Positions 8,401 through 15,546 of a stretch of DNA of 20,000 bases are shown here, piece by piece. The translations under genes and the position numbers were made by a program. Source of the DNA: an uncultured virus (IMG/VR IMGVR_UViG_3300027733_000048) (taxonomy: Duplodnaviria > Heunggongvirae > Uroviricota > Caudoviricetes); the IMG/VR virus record IMGVR_UViG_3300027733_000048, one strand, 5' to 3'. Within the stretch, counting starts at the first letter, position 1. Each line of letters opens with the position of its first letter. The notes beneath the pieces were generated by a model, which searched no databases, had not been told where the DNA came from, and saw only the letters and a program-made list of their open reading frames with translations.

Positions 8401-9765
8401 ATTGTTAATTTTTAATCGTGTTTTGCCTATACCTGCAAACCCAGTTGTACCCGAATATGCATATATCCCTTTATTGGCAAAATATGTAAATGAATTTAAC
8501 CATTCAATTCTAATACCATTAGTTGCAACGATAGTTTCTTGATTTGGAGTGATAAATGTAACAGAATTAAATAGTGCAGTAACTTCCTTACTTGCAGCAT
8601 TTGCAATACTTCCGTCAAAGAACGCACCTTTACCTGCATCGTTACTGTCGTATCCGTATGGATCAGTGCTACTTGTAGTAGAACCTTTAGTAATAACTGA
8701 AACATTTCGTATGTACGGACTACGAGATGAAACTAAAAAGTTAGATGCAAATCTAAATGCATAGCCGGTATTATTAGTACTATTGTATCTATAACCAACA
8801 ATAGATAAATCTTCAATTGTAGTTTCGCCATTTAATAAAAATGCATCGTTATCAATTGTGCCAACTGTTGGTTGAACAGTTACTGATCGAAGACCTGTAC
8901 CTTTGATTGTTACACCTACTGGAATAGTTAATGGAAATATCTCAGTGTAAGTACCGGAATAAATGTAAACGGTAGTACCTGCAGTTGCTACTGATAACGC
9001 ATGTTTTATTGATGCAAACGGATTATTTTCATGAACACCTGCATTAGTATCATTACCGTTAACCGAAACATAAAATATGTTACCTTGAGGTAAGATTAAG
9101 TCAATGCCATTAACACTTAATGTATCAGCAGTAATATTAGTAGTTTGGATATTACTAATGTAGCTAGTGCCCCATTCTTGTCCGCCAGTTGTTGGATTAC
9201 TACCTAAGTCGTATGTATTTGTTTGATCAGGATTAATATTACTTGTAATATCAGCGTTAAACGTAACGCTATCAGTGTTAGCATCACCTAATATGATGTC
9301 ACCGTCGGCAGTAATTGTTCCGGTAGCGTGTACATTACCAGTTACTAATACATTTGAATTAATATTTACTTGACCTGATCCATTAGTTTTAATTTCTAAA
9401 TTAGAGTCAGTTGTTGTTGCTTGTATAATGTTTGATGAAATCTGTATGTTGTTATCAACGATTAATTTACCTTGATATACAACAGGATTTGTACCAGATG
9501 GTTCTAAACTAATAATACTGTTGCTACTAGCAATAATATTATTATTAATAGTAAATGACGCAATGTTAGCTTGAGTTGTTGTTTCTAAATTTGTAGTACG
9601 AGTTGTACCATTAACGTCAAGTGTGTATTGTGGCGATGCTGTCTTAATGCCTATCCGCCCGTTTACTACATCTAAAAATAATAAGTCGGTCTCAAAAGCT
9701 AAATTCACACCGTCGCGAAGAAGGTTTGCTTTTAAGAGCGGACCAGAAATTCGACCAACAGCCAT
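5500..9765 (-). CDS. 1421 aa virion fibre/spike-like protein with a beta-helix core and an inserted LamG/concanavalin-A-like lectin domain
   Basis: IFYVSVNGNDTNAG...PFASIKHAL...GTYTEIFPLTIP (DUF1565-like beta-helix entry); FTIELWVY...NTWTHVALSRAG...IFINGV...FTGYIDGVRI...ARYT (LamG-like); hexapeptide G-x-L-x-V-T shaft repeats; AAGGAG SD. Confidence 0.82.
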   Translation of the reverse strand: MAVGRISGPLLKANLLRDGVNLAFETDLLFLDVVNGRIGIKTASPQYTLDVNGTTRTTNLETTTQANIASFTINNNIIASSNSIISLEPSGTNPVVYQGKLIVDNNIQISSNIIQATTTDSNLEIKTNGSGQVNINSNVLVTGNVHATGTITADGDIILGDANTDSVTFNADITSNINPDQTNTYDLGSNPTTGGQEWGTSYISNIQTTNITADTLSVNGIDLILPQGNIFYVSVNGNDTNAGVHENNPFASIKHALSVATAGTTVYIYSGTYTEIFPLTIPVGVTIKGTGLRSVTVQPTVGTIDNDAFLLNGETTIEDLSIVGYRYNSTNNTGYAFRFASNFLVSSRSPYIRNVSVITKGSTTSSTDPYGYDSNDAGKGAFFDGSIANAASKEVTALFNSVTFITPNQETIVATNGIRIEWLNSFTYFANKGIYAYSGTTGFAGIGKTRLKINNKTGTWNVGDTITYYDTNGTTVLATGVIDSFDGNFVNLVGKQSGFQTITDRIPKAVFANGNAKISTLEYKFGNSSLNLDGTGDFLNVPSQPDFNFSNGNFTIELWVYQTVNSGATQILIDMRTSTPQSAIVLSLNSINQVAFTVNGTAVITSTDVVAVNTWTHVALSRAGTSSKIFINGVQSGSTYTDTTVYIQSPVRIGARFDNTLGFTGYIDGVRICKGIARYTGTFVVPSSESLGDLSTVLLLHFDGSNNSTIILDNGITFQDIRSSAGGTASIINFADYSDFGVELRSIGSANIYGTYGVYADGDGVVLYLTSHNFSYTGSGKDSSNTPHNEGPENPDVDPYEIVKLNNAQVYYTTINEEGDFRVGDSFYIDQHSGDVLFNNQNLTITSTTGVSFSDGTHTTSITSQDITTGNIKISGNTIESLSGNINVTAANGAINLQNNTYVTGNLDVTGDVTIGGNITIGDQSTDTVTFTAGITSNIVPATTAFYDLGTTNLRWNNAFLSRAEIDGLVIDNNTISTTLNNDDLTLTANGSGQVYVPSNNVQIDQNLTVTQNLTVTTGTTYLQDVGITGDITQTGDITQTGDISTSGTITVTGNITSTGDLDLPEITISNNSIYTNVTDTDLEIFGTGTGGVIVEGLKITDNGIASIETNSGITLTPQGTGGVIIDSTTSLKIPVGTTLERPLLPTNGMIRYNTTLSRYESYTVKVPGSILSAVQYDTIAGFIGQTNIVIIGGNNDARCSISITGITITTPGTGYVAGIATIGGGTRIVIAVDGFWLQLSGVIDNSGNTRILAESSPGANDNILYFYANNHLTATIDSEKLFTERFQTNNLDINGNTITTLVADTDINITASGTGGVHLGNLRISNDTITNVVSNAVTEFVNSGTGYVKFAGSGGIVIPSGDTGLTRPPSPETGMIRFNTSYQVVEIFNGVTWGSVAGNTGGVTITAANEIGLASALIFG
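6641..6751 (-). repeat. Two in-frame 18-bp tandem duplications (TGDITQ units; QNLTVT x2)
   Basis: gtaactgttaaattttga is perfect x2 at 6716-6733 and 6734-6751; ccagtttg(g/a)gtaatatca is x2 at 6641-6676 with one mismatch. Confidence 0.9.
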
Positions 9766-9770
9766 ATTCT

Positions 9771-9866
9771 CTCCTTAACCACCGCGTTTCACGGCTAACC
9801 ACCTTACATTGCGGGTTTACCACAGTTTCGTCTCGTGGGATTTTTGGTCTTATCCCAGCAGTAAAA
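9771..9866 (-). ncRNA. Candidate structured cis-regulatory 5' leader RNA (three hairpins plus a possible pseudoknot); family not recognised
   Basis: GC-rich intergenic island between the promoter box and the SD: UGGGAU/AUCCCA (9857-9836), UGUGG/CCGCA (9824-9810), CCGUG/CGCGG (9794-9782). G-U pairs work on the minus strand only. Confidence 0.55.
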
Positions 9867-9867
9867 G

Positions 9868-9875
9868 TATTTATC
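9868..9875 (-). promoter_or_regulatory. T4-like late promoter box (GATAAATA)
   Basis: Directly after the stop of the 1052 aa gene; the 13-mer GGATAAATACTTT (9876-9864) is identical to 16587-16575. Confidence 0.7.
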
Positions 9876-9876
9876 C

Positions 9877-12800
9877 TTAACCGAGTATAATGGCCCATGT
9901 GTTCATAATATCGTCTACCTCGTCTGATGTTGCAAATGATGCAGAACCAATAGCTGAGTCCCAAATTGTTCCGTTAAATACTTCCCATATCTGTATTTCT
10001 GTATTAAATCGTGTTTCGCCAATTTCTGGATCTACCCGTCGCTGACTGTTGTCACCTATTGGAATTACTAACCCAAATGTTCCACCAAATTTAAAATATC
10101 CTGCTGATGTTCCTTGCATTGTTAACACTTGATTGGTGTTAAGCATTATGTTATTAGGTTTAAATACTAAATTATTAACATTAATTGATGTTGATGAACC
10201 GTTTGGTGTTAAAAAGAAATCTGTATTTGGTAATGCAGTTGTAATAGTGTTATTTAAAATATGAATATCGTCTATTTCTAATAAATTAGAAAATAAACGA
10301 GATGAATTAATTTCAGCAACTACTGTATTATTAATTCCAAATCTAAGTGTATTGTCATTTGCGCCCGGGGTTAATTCAGGAGTAATATATGTGTTACGAT
10401 CAGTATCATACAAATTAGTAAAACTTTCTAAACCATCAGGAATATTATATCCTTCGTATAGATTAGTTGTACTATTATGTCTAATTTGTCCAACAGCTGA
10501 CAAGTAATTAGTAGTTTCGTTACTGTAAGGTAATTTTAGATATTCTGTAGAATTTATTACAGTAAGACCAGTACCCGACGGAGTAAGTACAATGCTCTTT
10601 TGTAGATTAGTAGTTGCAATCGACCATCTATTACTAATAGTTGTGTTAGTAAATTTTATCTTATCATCAAATACTACGCCGCCTGTTCCGTTAGCAGATA
10701 ATGATAACGTATCTCCAGATGTGTTAGTGTAAATTTGGTTGTTAAGTATTTTAACACCATTAGATCGTAAATACGAGGTAGATCCGGTTATTATTAAATT
10801 GTCTGTATTGTGTAAGGTACCAGTTAACCTAATATTTCCTGTTTGATTTATGTCTCCAGTTAATTCAACTAATCCAGAAATATTAACATTTCTTAACGAA
10901 GTATTGCCATCGATGGTAGTAGTTCCGACTGTAGTTAAGCTGTTAGATACTGCAACATCAGTTGAAGAAATCTGAATTTTTCCTGTACCTGCAGCTACTA
11001 ATCTTAAATCAGTATCAGTTGATATTGTTGATATTGTATTATTTGTTATTTGGGTAACATTATCAACATTAAGACCTGTTAGGAATGCAGTTTTCCACGA
11101 AACATCGCTTGTGCCTAATGTATAAGTACTGGTAGTTTTTGGTTTAAAAGTTTGAGTCAGTCTTGGAAATATAGTTAAAGTATCTAATACTTCATTACCT
11201 AAAAATACATTTCCTTTAACATTTGTTTCGCCAGTTACATCTAATAATCCATTAATATATACATTAGTATTAAGATAAGTAGAAGTTGATGCAGCTAAAA
11301 AATTAACAGGTCCAACTAATGAATCAATGTCATTATCGTGTATGCGAATGTTTCCAGTTTGAATTGCAGTCATATTGATGGTTGTAACACCATACTCTGT
11401 TTCAAAAACTAGTCCGCCGGTTGCTCCAAAGTCGATATGTTGTGCGTTAAACACAACTTGGCCAGTTTCTTGGTTAACATAAAATATATCACCTACACGA
11501 AAATCGCCTTTATGATCCATACTATCGTAAAAGATTCTTGCATCGTTGGTTGCAACAATTTCATTTTCTTGAAATACATTTGATTTATCGTTAGCCGAGC
11601 TGTTACCAGATCCAACATAGCTAAAATTATGTCCAGTTAGATAACCTCTTGTATTTGTTCCGTCTGCAACTACACCGTATGTACCGTATATATTTGCGCT
11701 GTTAATACTTCTAAACTCTGCACCATTAGTTAAGTAACTACCTCGTTTAGCATAATAGGTAAACGAGTTTAACCATTCAACCCTAACATTATTTTTTGCA
11801 ACTATAGAATCTTGATTTGGTGTAATTAACGTAACTGCGTAACATAGTAATGAAGGAACAATGTTACCGGATAAATCTGCATCAGTACTGTCAACTAATA
11901 TGCCGGCACCGGCATCCCCTTGATTAAATCCTAACGGATCGTTCGTTGGAGTTACTGAACCTTTAGAAATTATTGTAACATTTTGGATATATGGACTTTT
12001 AACTAATGATTTAAAATTGTTAGCAAATCTAAATGCGTATCCGGTATTATTAACAATATCAAAGAAGTAGTCTTGAATTGTTAAGAAAGAAACAGTAGTA
12101 TCACCATTTAATAAAAATGCATCTTTGTTGTTTGTAGCAATCGTTGGTTTAATAACAACTGCACGAATACTCATCCCACGGACACTAACTCCTAGAGGAA
12201 TTGTTAATGGGAATATTTCGGTATATGTTCCAGGAAAGATAACAACTTCGTCACCTACTGTTGCGATTGCTAGTGCTGCTTTTATCGTTTTAAAAGGAGC
12301 ATGGGCGTGCATACCAGATAATGTGTCATTACCTGTAGTTGATACGTAAATTGTCTTACCAGAAGATAACGCTAGATTAATACTATTAATTGTAATATCA
12401 GACGATGATGTTATATTAGTTGCAGTAACGTTGCGTGTGTACAAAGTTTGCCAATATTTACTTAACGATCCTAACCCGTATGTACTATTATCTGGTATTA
12501 TACTACTTGTAATATCAGTATTAAATGTTACACTATCAAGATTGTTATTACCAAATGTAATAGTACCGTCCCACGTAACATCACCAGTTGCGTGAAGTGT
12601 ACCGTCAATATTTACAGTTGAAGTTGTAAATTTTACTATTCCGGTACCGTTAGGATTAAGTTCAATGTTACTATCAACTGTAAGATTTTCTATTTTTTGA
12701 TTAGTAAAACTAAGGTTAGCAGTCTGAAGTCCAGGTGCGTTAATAGTAGGATCAGTAGTTTGATTTGGACGTAAATAGATTGTTCCAAGCGGATTTTGAA

Positions 12801-13035
12801 TTTTGTTTGTAAGTATTGAAAAGTTAGCAATATCGGCTTGTATATCAACAACTAAGTAAGATGTTCGTGCATCTGCAACCGACAATTGTCGTGTTGGTGC
12901 ATCGTTTTTAATGCCAATTTTGTTGTTATTAACATCTAGATACAGTAAGTTTGTTTCAAACGCTAAATCTTCACCGTTTCTTAATAAGTTTTCCGAAAGA
13001 AGCGGTCCGCTTACTCTACCCATTTCAATACCCAT
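9877..13035 (-). CDS. 1052 aa virion fibre/spike-like beta-helix protein; full-length paralog of 5500..9765 without the LamG insert
   Basis: GRVSGPLLSENLLRNGEDLAFETNLLYLDV versus GRISGPLLKANLLRDGVNLAFETDLLFLDV; shared GTYTEIFPLTIP, DAFLLNG, EWLNSFTY, SANIYGTYGV, GDFRVGD and PGANDN; TAAGGA SD. Confidence 0.82.
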   Translation of the reverse strand: MGIEMGRVSGPLLSENLLRNGEDLAFETNLLYLDVNNNKIGIKNDAPTRQLSVADARTSYLVVDIQADIANFSILTNKIQNPLGTIYLRPNQTTDPTINAPGLQTANLSFTNQKIENLTVDSNIELNPNGTGIVKFTTSTVNIDGTLHATGDVTWDGTITFGNNNLDSVTFNTDITSSIIPDNSTYGLGSLSKYWQTLYTRNVTATNITSSSDITINSINLALSSGKTIYVSTTGNDTLSGMHAHAPFKTIKAALAIATVGDEVVIFPGTYTEIFPLTIPLGVSVRGMSIRAVVIKPTIATNNKDAFLLNGDTTVSFLTIQDYFFDIVNNTGYAFRFANNFKSLVKSPYIQNVTIISKGSVTPTNDPLGFNQGDAGAGILVDSTDADLSGNIVPSLLCYAVTLITPNQDSIVAKNNVRVEWLNSFTYYAKRGSYLTNGAEFRSINSANIYGTYGVVADGTNTRGYLTGHNFSYVGSGNSSANDKSNVFQENEIVATNDARIFYDSMDHKGDFRVGDIFYVNQETGQVVFNAQHIDFGATGGLVFETEYGVTTINMTAIQTGNIRIHDNDIDSLVGPVNFLAASTSTYLNTNVYINGLLDVTGETNVKGNVFLGNEVLDTLTIFPRLTQTFKPKTTSTYTLGTSDVSWKTAFLTGLNVDNVTQITNNTISTISTDTDLRLVAAGTGKIQISSTDVAVSNSLTTVGTTTIDGNTSLRNVNISGLVELTGDINQTGNIRLTGTLHNTDNLIITGSTSYLRSNGVKILNNQIYTNTSGDTLSLSANGTGGVVFDDKIKFTNTTISNRWSIATTNLQKSIVLTPSGTGLTVINSTEYLKLPYSNETTNYLSAVGQIRHNSTTNLYEGYNIPDGLESFTNLYDTDRNTYITPELTPGANDNTLRFGINNTVVAEINSSRLFSNLLEIDDIHILNNTITTALPNTDFFLTPNGSSTSINVNNLVFKPNNIMLNTNQVLTMQGTSAGYFKFGGTFGLVIPIGDNSQRRVDPEIGETRFNTEIQIWEVFNGTIWDSAIGSASFATSDEVDDIMNTWAIILG

Positions 13036-13048
13036 AACAATTCCTTAA

Positions 13049-14077
13049 TTACTTGTCAAAGCCGTGTAAGACTGTAACTACTTTTCCTAATGGCACAGGT
13101 GAATTAAACTTTAAATAATATCCAATTGGTGACTGTATACTTTCAGCAATTGTAAGTTGTGTGTTCACTGCAATAGTACTAGTAGTGGTTGCATTACTAA
13201 TCACTGCACTAATTAACGCGTCTGTATTTGCATCAGATACTGATGAAACAATAGTTGTACCATTAGGTATATTAGCGTGTCCGTTGATCGTTGCACCTGT
13301 AATATCTAATGAGGTGTAAATTGCATCTGCACTTTTAATTTGTCCAGATACTGTTGATGTTCCTGGATTTGACACTGCTAATGCATAACTAACTGAACTA
13401 GTAGTTGACGAAGTAACGGTAAATGTTCCGTTGTATGCAGTTGGCATATATCCAGTTACTACAATAGAAGACCCGACTGCAAATGGTGTTTGTGTTAACG
13501 CTGTAAATTCAAGAGTTGCAACACTTGTTGACCAAGTTGCGTTTCCGCCTAATACATGACTATTAAAATACAAAGTTGTTGAACCTAATGGTGCAGCAAA
13601 ACTTAATTTTGGAGTATAAGTTCCAGCGCCAATAGTTGGATTTTGTACAATTGTATAATTAGTTTTTGACAGCTGAAGAACATTTTCAACAACAACTAAA
13701 ATATGTTTAGCCATTTGAGTTACATCCCAAGTAATTCCACTTTGTACAGTAGTTACCGGAGCAGGCGATAATGGTCCAAAATATAAATTAAGACTGTCTC
13801 CTGCACCTAAACTTTGCTGTGTAATTAGTGTAGGTTCTTTAAATCTCAAACTACGCCAAGTACCAGATTGATAAACTTCTAATTCACCACCTGTTACTAT
13901 GTCAGTATTGTATCGCATCATACCGTTTATAGGTGCTACGGGTCGTTCTGCAGTAGTACCGGATGGTAATGTTACGTTGTTTGTAGTAGTCATAACAACA
14001 CTATTAGTCATGTCTACATATAATCTTTGATCCCATGGGGCTCTACGATTTAAAACTTGCTGACGTAAATATCTCAT
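13049..14077 (-). CDS. 342 aa Thr/Ser/Val-rich virion structural protein
   Basis: LPSGTTAERP...GMMRYNT...EVYQSGTW motif shared with the two giant paralogs; starts 1 nt after the upstream stop. Confidence 0.8.
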   Translation of the reverse strand: MRYLRQQVLNRRAPWDQRLYVDMTNSVVMTTTNNVTLPSGTTAERPVAPINGMMRYNTDIVTGGELEVYQSGTWRSLRFKEPTLITQQSLGAGDSLNLYFGPLSPAPVTTVQSGITWDVTQMAKHILVVVENVLQLSKTNYTIVQNPTIGAGTYTPKLSFAAPLGSTTLYFNSHVLGGNATWSTSVATLEFTALTQTPFAVGSSIVVTGYMPTAYNGTFTVTSSTTSSVSYALAVSNPGTSTVSGQIKSADAIYTSLDITGATINGHANIPNGTTIVSSVSDANTDALISAVISNATTTSTIAVNTQLTIAESIQSPIGYYLKFNSPVPLGKVVTVLHGFDK

Positions 14078-14078
14078 G

Positions 14079-14411
14079 TTATACCGCCAATATGCTTACT
14101 GTAGCTGTGATATTGCTTAGTGAATCGGTTTTTGCTACTAACGAATCTCCAGTACCTAATACCATTTTTTCTTGATCAAAACTAACAGTTTCACCTGCAG
14201 GTACTGGAAGACCGTTAACAATAATGTTACTAGCACCTGCTGTGCCGCCCGATGGTACTGCGTAGACATACAATAATGATTGATTTAAAGTAGGGGTTGC
14301 AGGTACATAGGTTGAGGTATTGCAGAAAATAAGAGTAGTAATTGCTCGATCTCCTGATCCTGACGCTAGTGTAGTGTTTGATGATGTTACTTCTGTGTTA
14401 TAAATTGCCAT
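14079..14411 (-). CDS. 110 aa small beta-rich virion protein
   Basis: TAAGGA SD; AITTLIFCNTS...LPVPAGET...QEKMVLGTGDSL...ITATVSI; similar in length and pattern to 5167..5496. Confidence 0.82.
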   Translation of the reverse strand: MAIYNTEVTSSNTTLASGSGDRAITTLIFCNTSTYVPATPTLNQSLLYVYAVPSGGTAGASNIIVNGLPVPAGETVSFDQEKMVLGTGDSLVAKTDSLSNITATVSILAV

Positions 14412-14420
14412 ATCTTATCC

Positions 14421-15500
14421 TTAAAAAAGCATACTTAATAGTACTGCTCGATTTCTGCTTACTAGTTCGTCATTGTTATATGCAGTTGCACCATAAGTAT
14501 TATTATTTGTAAAATATATACCTGTTCGGCCAGGACCTTCAAGATCTTTTGAATATAATTTTGTTTTACCTGTTATTGCAGTTGTTTGACTTGATGCTTG
14601 ATCATCTAATGTTAATACTGCATTTACTTCGACTAAGTTAGCATCAGATGTTAAAATTAAAGGATCAGTTCCGGTATTTTTAATAGTTGTACCAAATAAA
14701 TTTAATGTATCAACACTTAACCCAGACGATGTAATAATTGCACGTTGCGTTGTATTAATTTTAAATATTATTTCTGAAGCAGTAGTTGTTTCAACCATTG
14801 CTGTTATAGAACCAGGAGTACCCGGAACATCTGCTGTTTTTTTATAAATTGTGTCAACGTCGGCCATACTACCTAAAAACGGTGTAAACGTTGGAGCGGG
14901 TTTTAAGTTTCCAGAAACTACGTAGCGGTTAACATATAATTTAGTAGTAAGACTAGAATCAATTAATCGATTTTCGTAAGATACCGTGTTATAAGTTGAA
15001 TTGATTACAGTTAGTGTAGTATTTGTACTTCGTAAATTAAATGCAATACCATTTGTGTTTGTACCATTATTTGAAATTGCACTAAGCTCAACTGATGATA
15101 CTTTTAAACTTGCAAGTGTATTAGTAGAATCTCTAGATGTTGATAACACATAGGTTCCGTTTTCAGTTGCATTTAATATTGGATTGTAGTGAGTTACTGC
15201 TTCTTCGTACAGCATTTTAGCAGTTAATACAATAGTGCCGTCGCGGCCTCGATCAATAGAAATTCCGGCAGACCCTAAGGTAATACCATTACCATTAGTA
15301 CGTGGTTCACCATTGTTTAATACTATAATGTTATCTTTAATTGTAGCATTTGTCGATTCAATCGTTGTCGTTTGCCCTTTAATATCAAGATCACCAGTAA
15401 TAATTACAGAACCAGTAGTACCAGTGTCTAATGTGATAGAATTACCAGTAGGGACTTTTATTCTGTAATCACCTTCACTAACTTTTAATATTTTTGACAT
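14421..15500 (-). CDS. 359 aa virion structural protein (fibre/connector-like)
   Basis: ITGDLDIKGQTTTIES...IKDNIIVLNNGE...AGISIDRG is a pattern typical of large-phage fibre proteins; Thr/Asn-rich; AAGGA SD. Confidence 0.8.
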   Translation of the reverse strand: MSKILKVSEGDYRIKVPTGNSITLDTGTTGSVIITGDLDIKGQTTTIESTNATIKDNIIVLNNGEPRTNGNGITLGSAGISIDRGRDGTIVLTAKMLYEEAVTHYNPILNATENGTYVLSTSRDSTNTLASLKVSSVELSAISNNGTNTNGIAFNLRSTNTTLTVINSTYNTVSYENRLIDSSLTTKLYVNRYVVSGNLKPAPTFTPFLGSMADVDTIYKKTADVPGTPGSITAMVETTTASEIIFKINTTQRAIITSSGLSVDTLNLFGTTIKNTGTDPLILTSDANLVEVNAVLTLDDQASSQTTAITGKTKLYSKDLEGPGRTGIYFTNNNTYGATAYNNDELVSRNRAVLLSMLF

Positions 15501-15511
15501 TCATATTCCTT

Positions 15512-15534
15512 AAAAGAGGGCCTCACGACCCTCT
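15512..15534 (-). terminator. Rho-independent terminator or attenuator (short U-tract)
   Basis: AGAGGGUC-GUGA-GGCCCUCU with a GNRA tetraloop and a U4 run, 12 nt after the stop of the 316 aa gene and abutting the next SD. Confidence 0.7.
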
Positions 15535-15546
15535 ATATAATCTTTA

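Noticed and set aside
6067..8460. Inteins or introns as the cause of the insertions in the 1421 aa gene
   Set aside because: The inserts are in frame, lack C/S...HN intein ends and endonuclease motifs, and look like structural beta-domains.
8496..8705. 69 aa minus-strand alternative-frame ORF
   Set aside because: It is nested out of frame within the 1421 aa gene and is a Leu/Gln-rich frame-shadow sequence.
9781..9860. Hammerhead (GACGAAAC), pistol (GUGGUUAG) or c-di-GMP-I (GGUAAACC) identity for the leader
   Set aside because: Only short fragments match. There is no CUGANGA core, no pistol P1 complement and no GEMM tetraloop/receptor architecture.
9766..9879. Read-through or gene-60-type ribosomal bypass fusing the in-frame 1052 and 1421 aa genes
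   Set aside because: Several in-frame TAA codons lie in the gap, the matching in-frame GGT at 9780 is itself followed by TAA, and the downstream gene has its own strong SD.
9692..9964. 90 aa minus-strand ORF crossing the structured intergenic element
   Set aside because: It overlaps both flanking genes out of frame and has no clear SD. The open frame is explained by the locally higher GC.
1..13035. Diversity-generating retroelement target or shufflon in the fibre genes
   Set aside because: I saw no ~100 bp near-identical repeat pair differing at adenines, no inverted crossover sites, and no reverse transcriptase or recombinase in the window. Short DNA matches between paralogs track conserved peptides.
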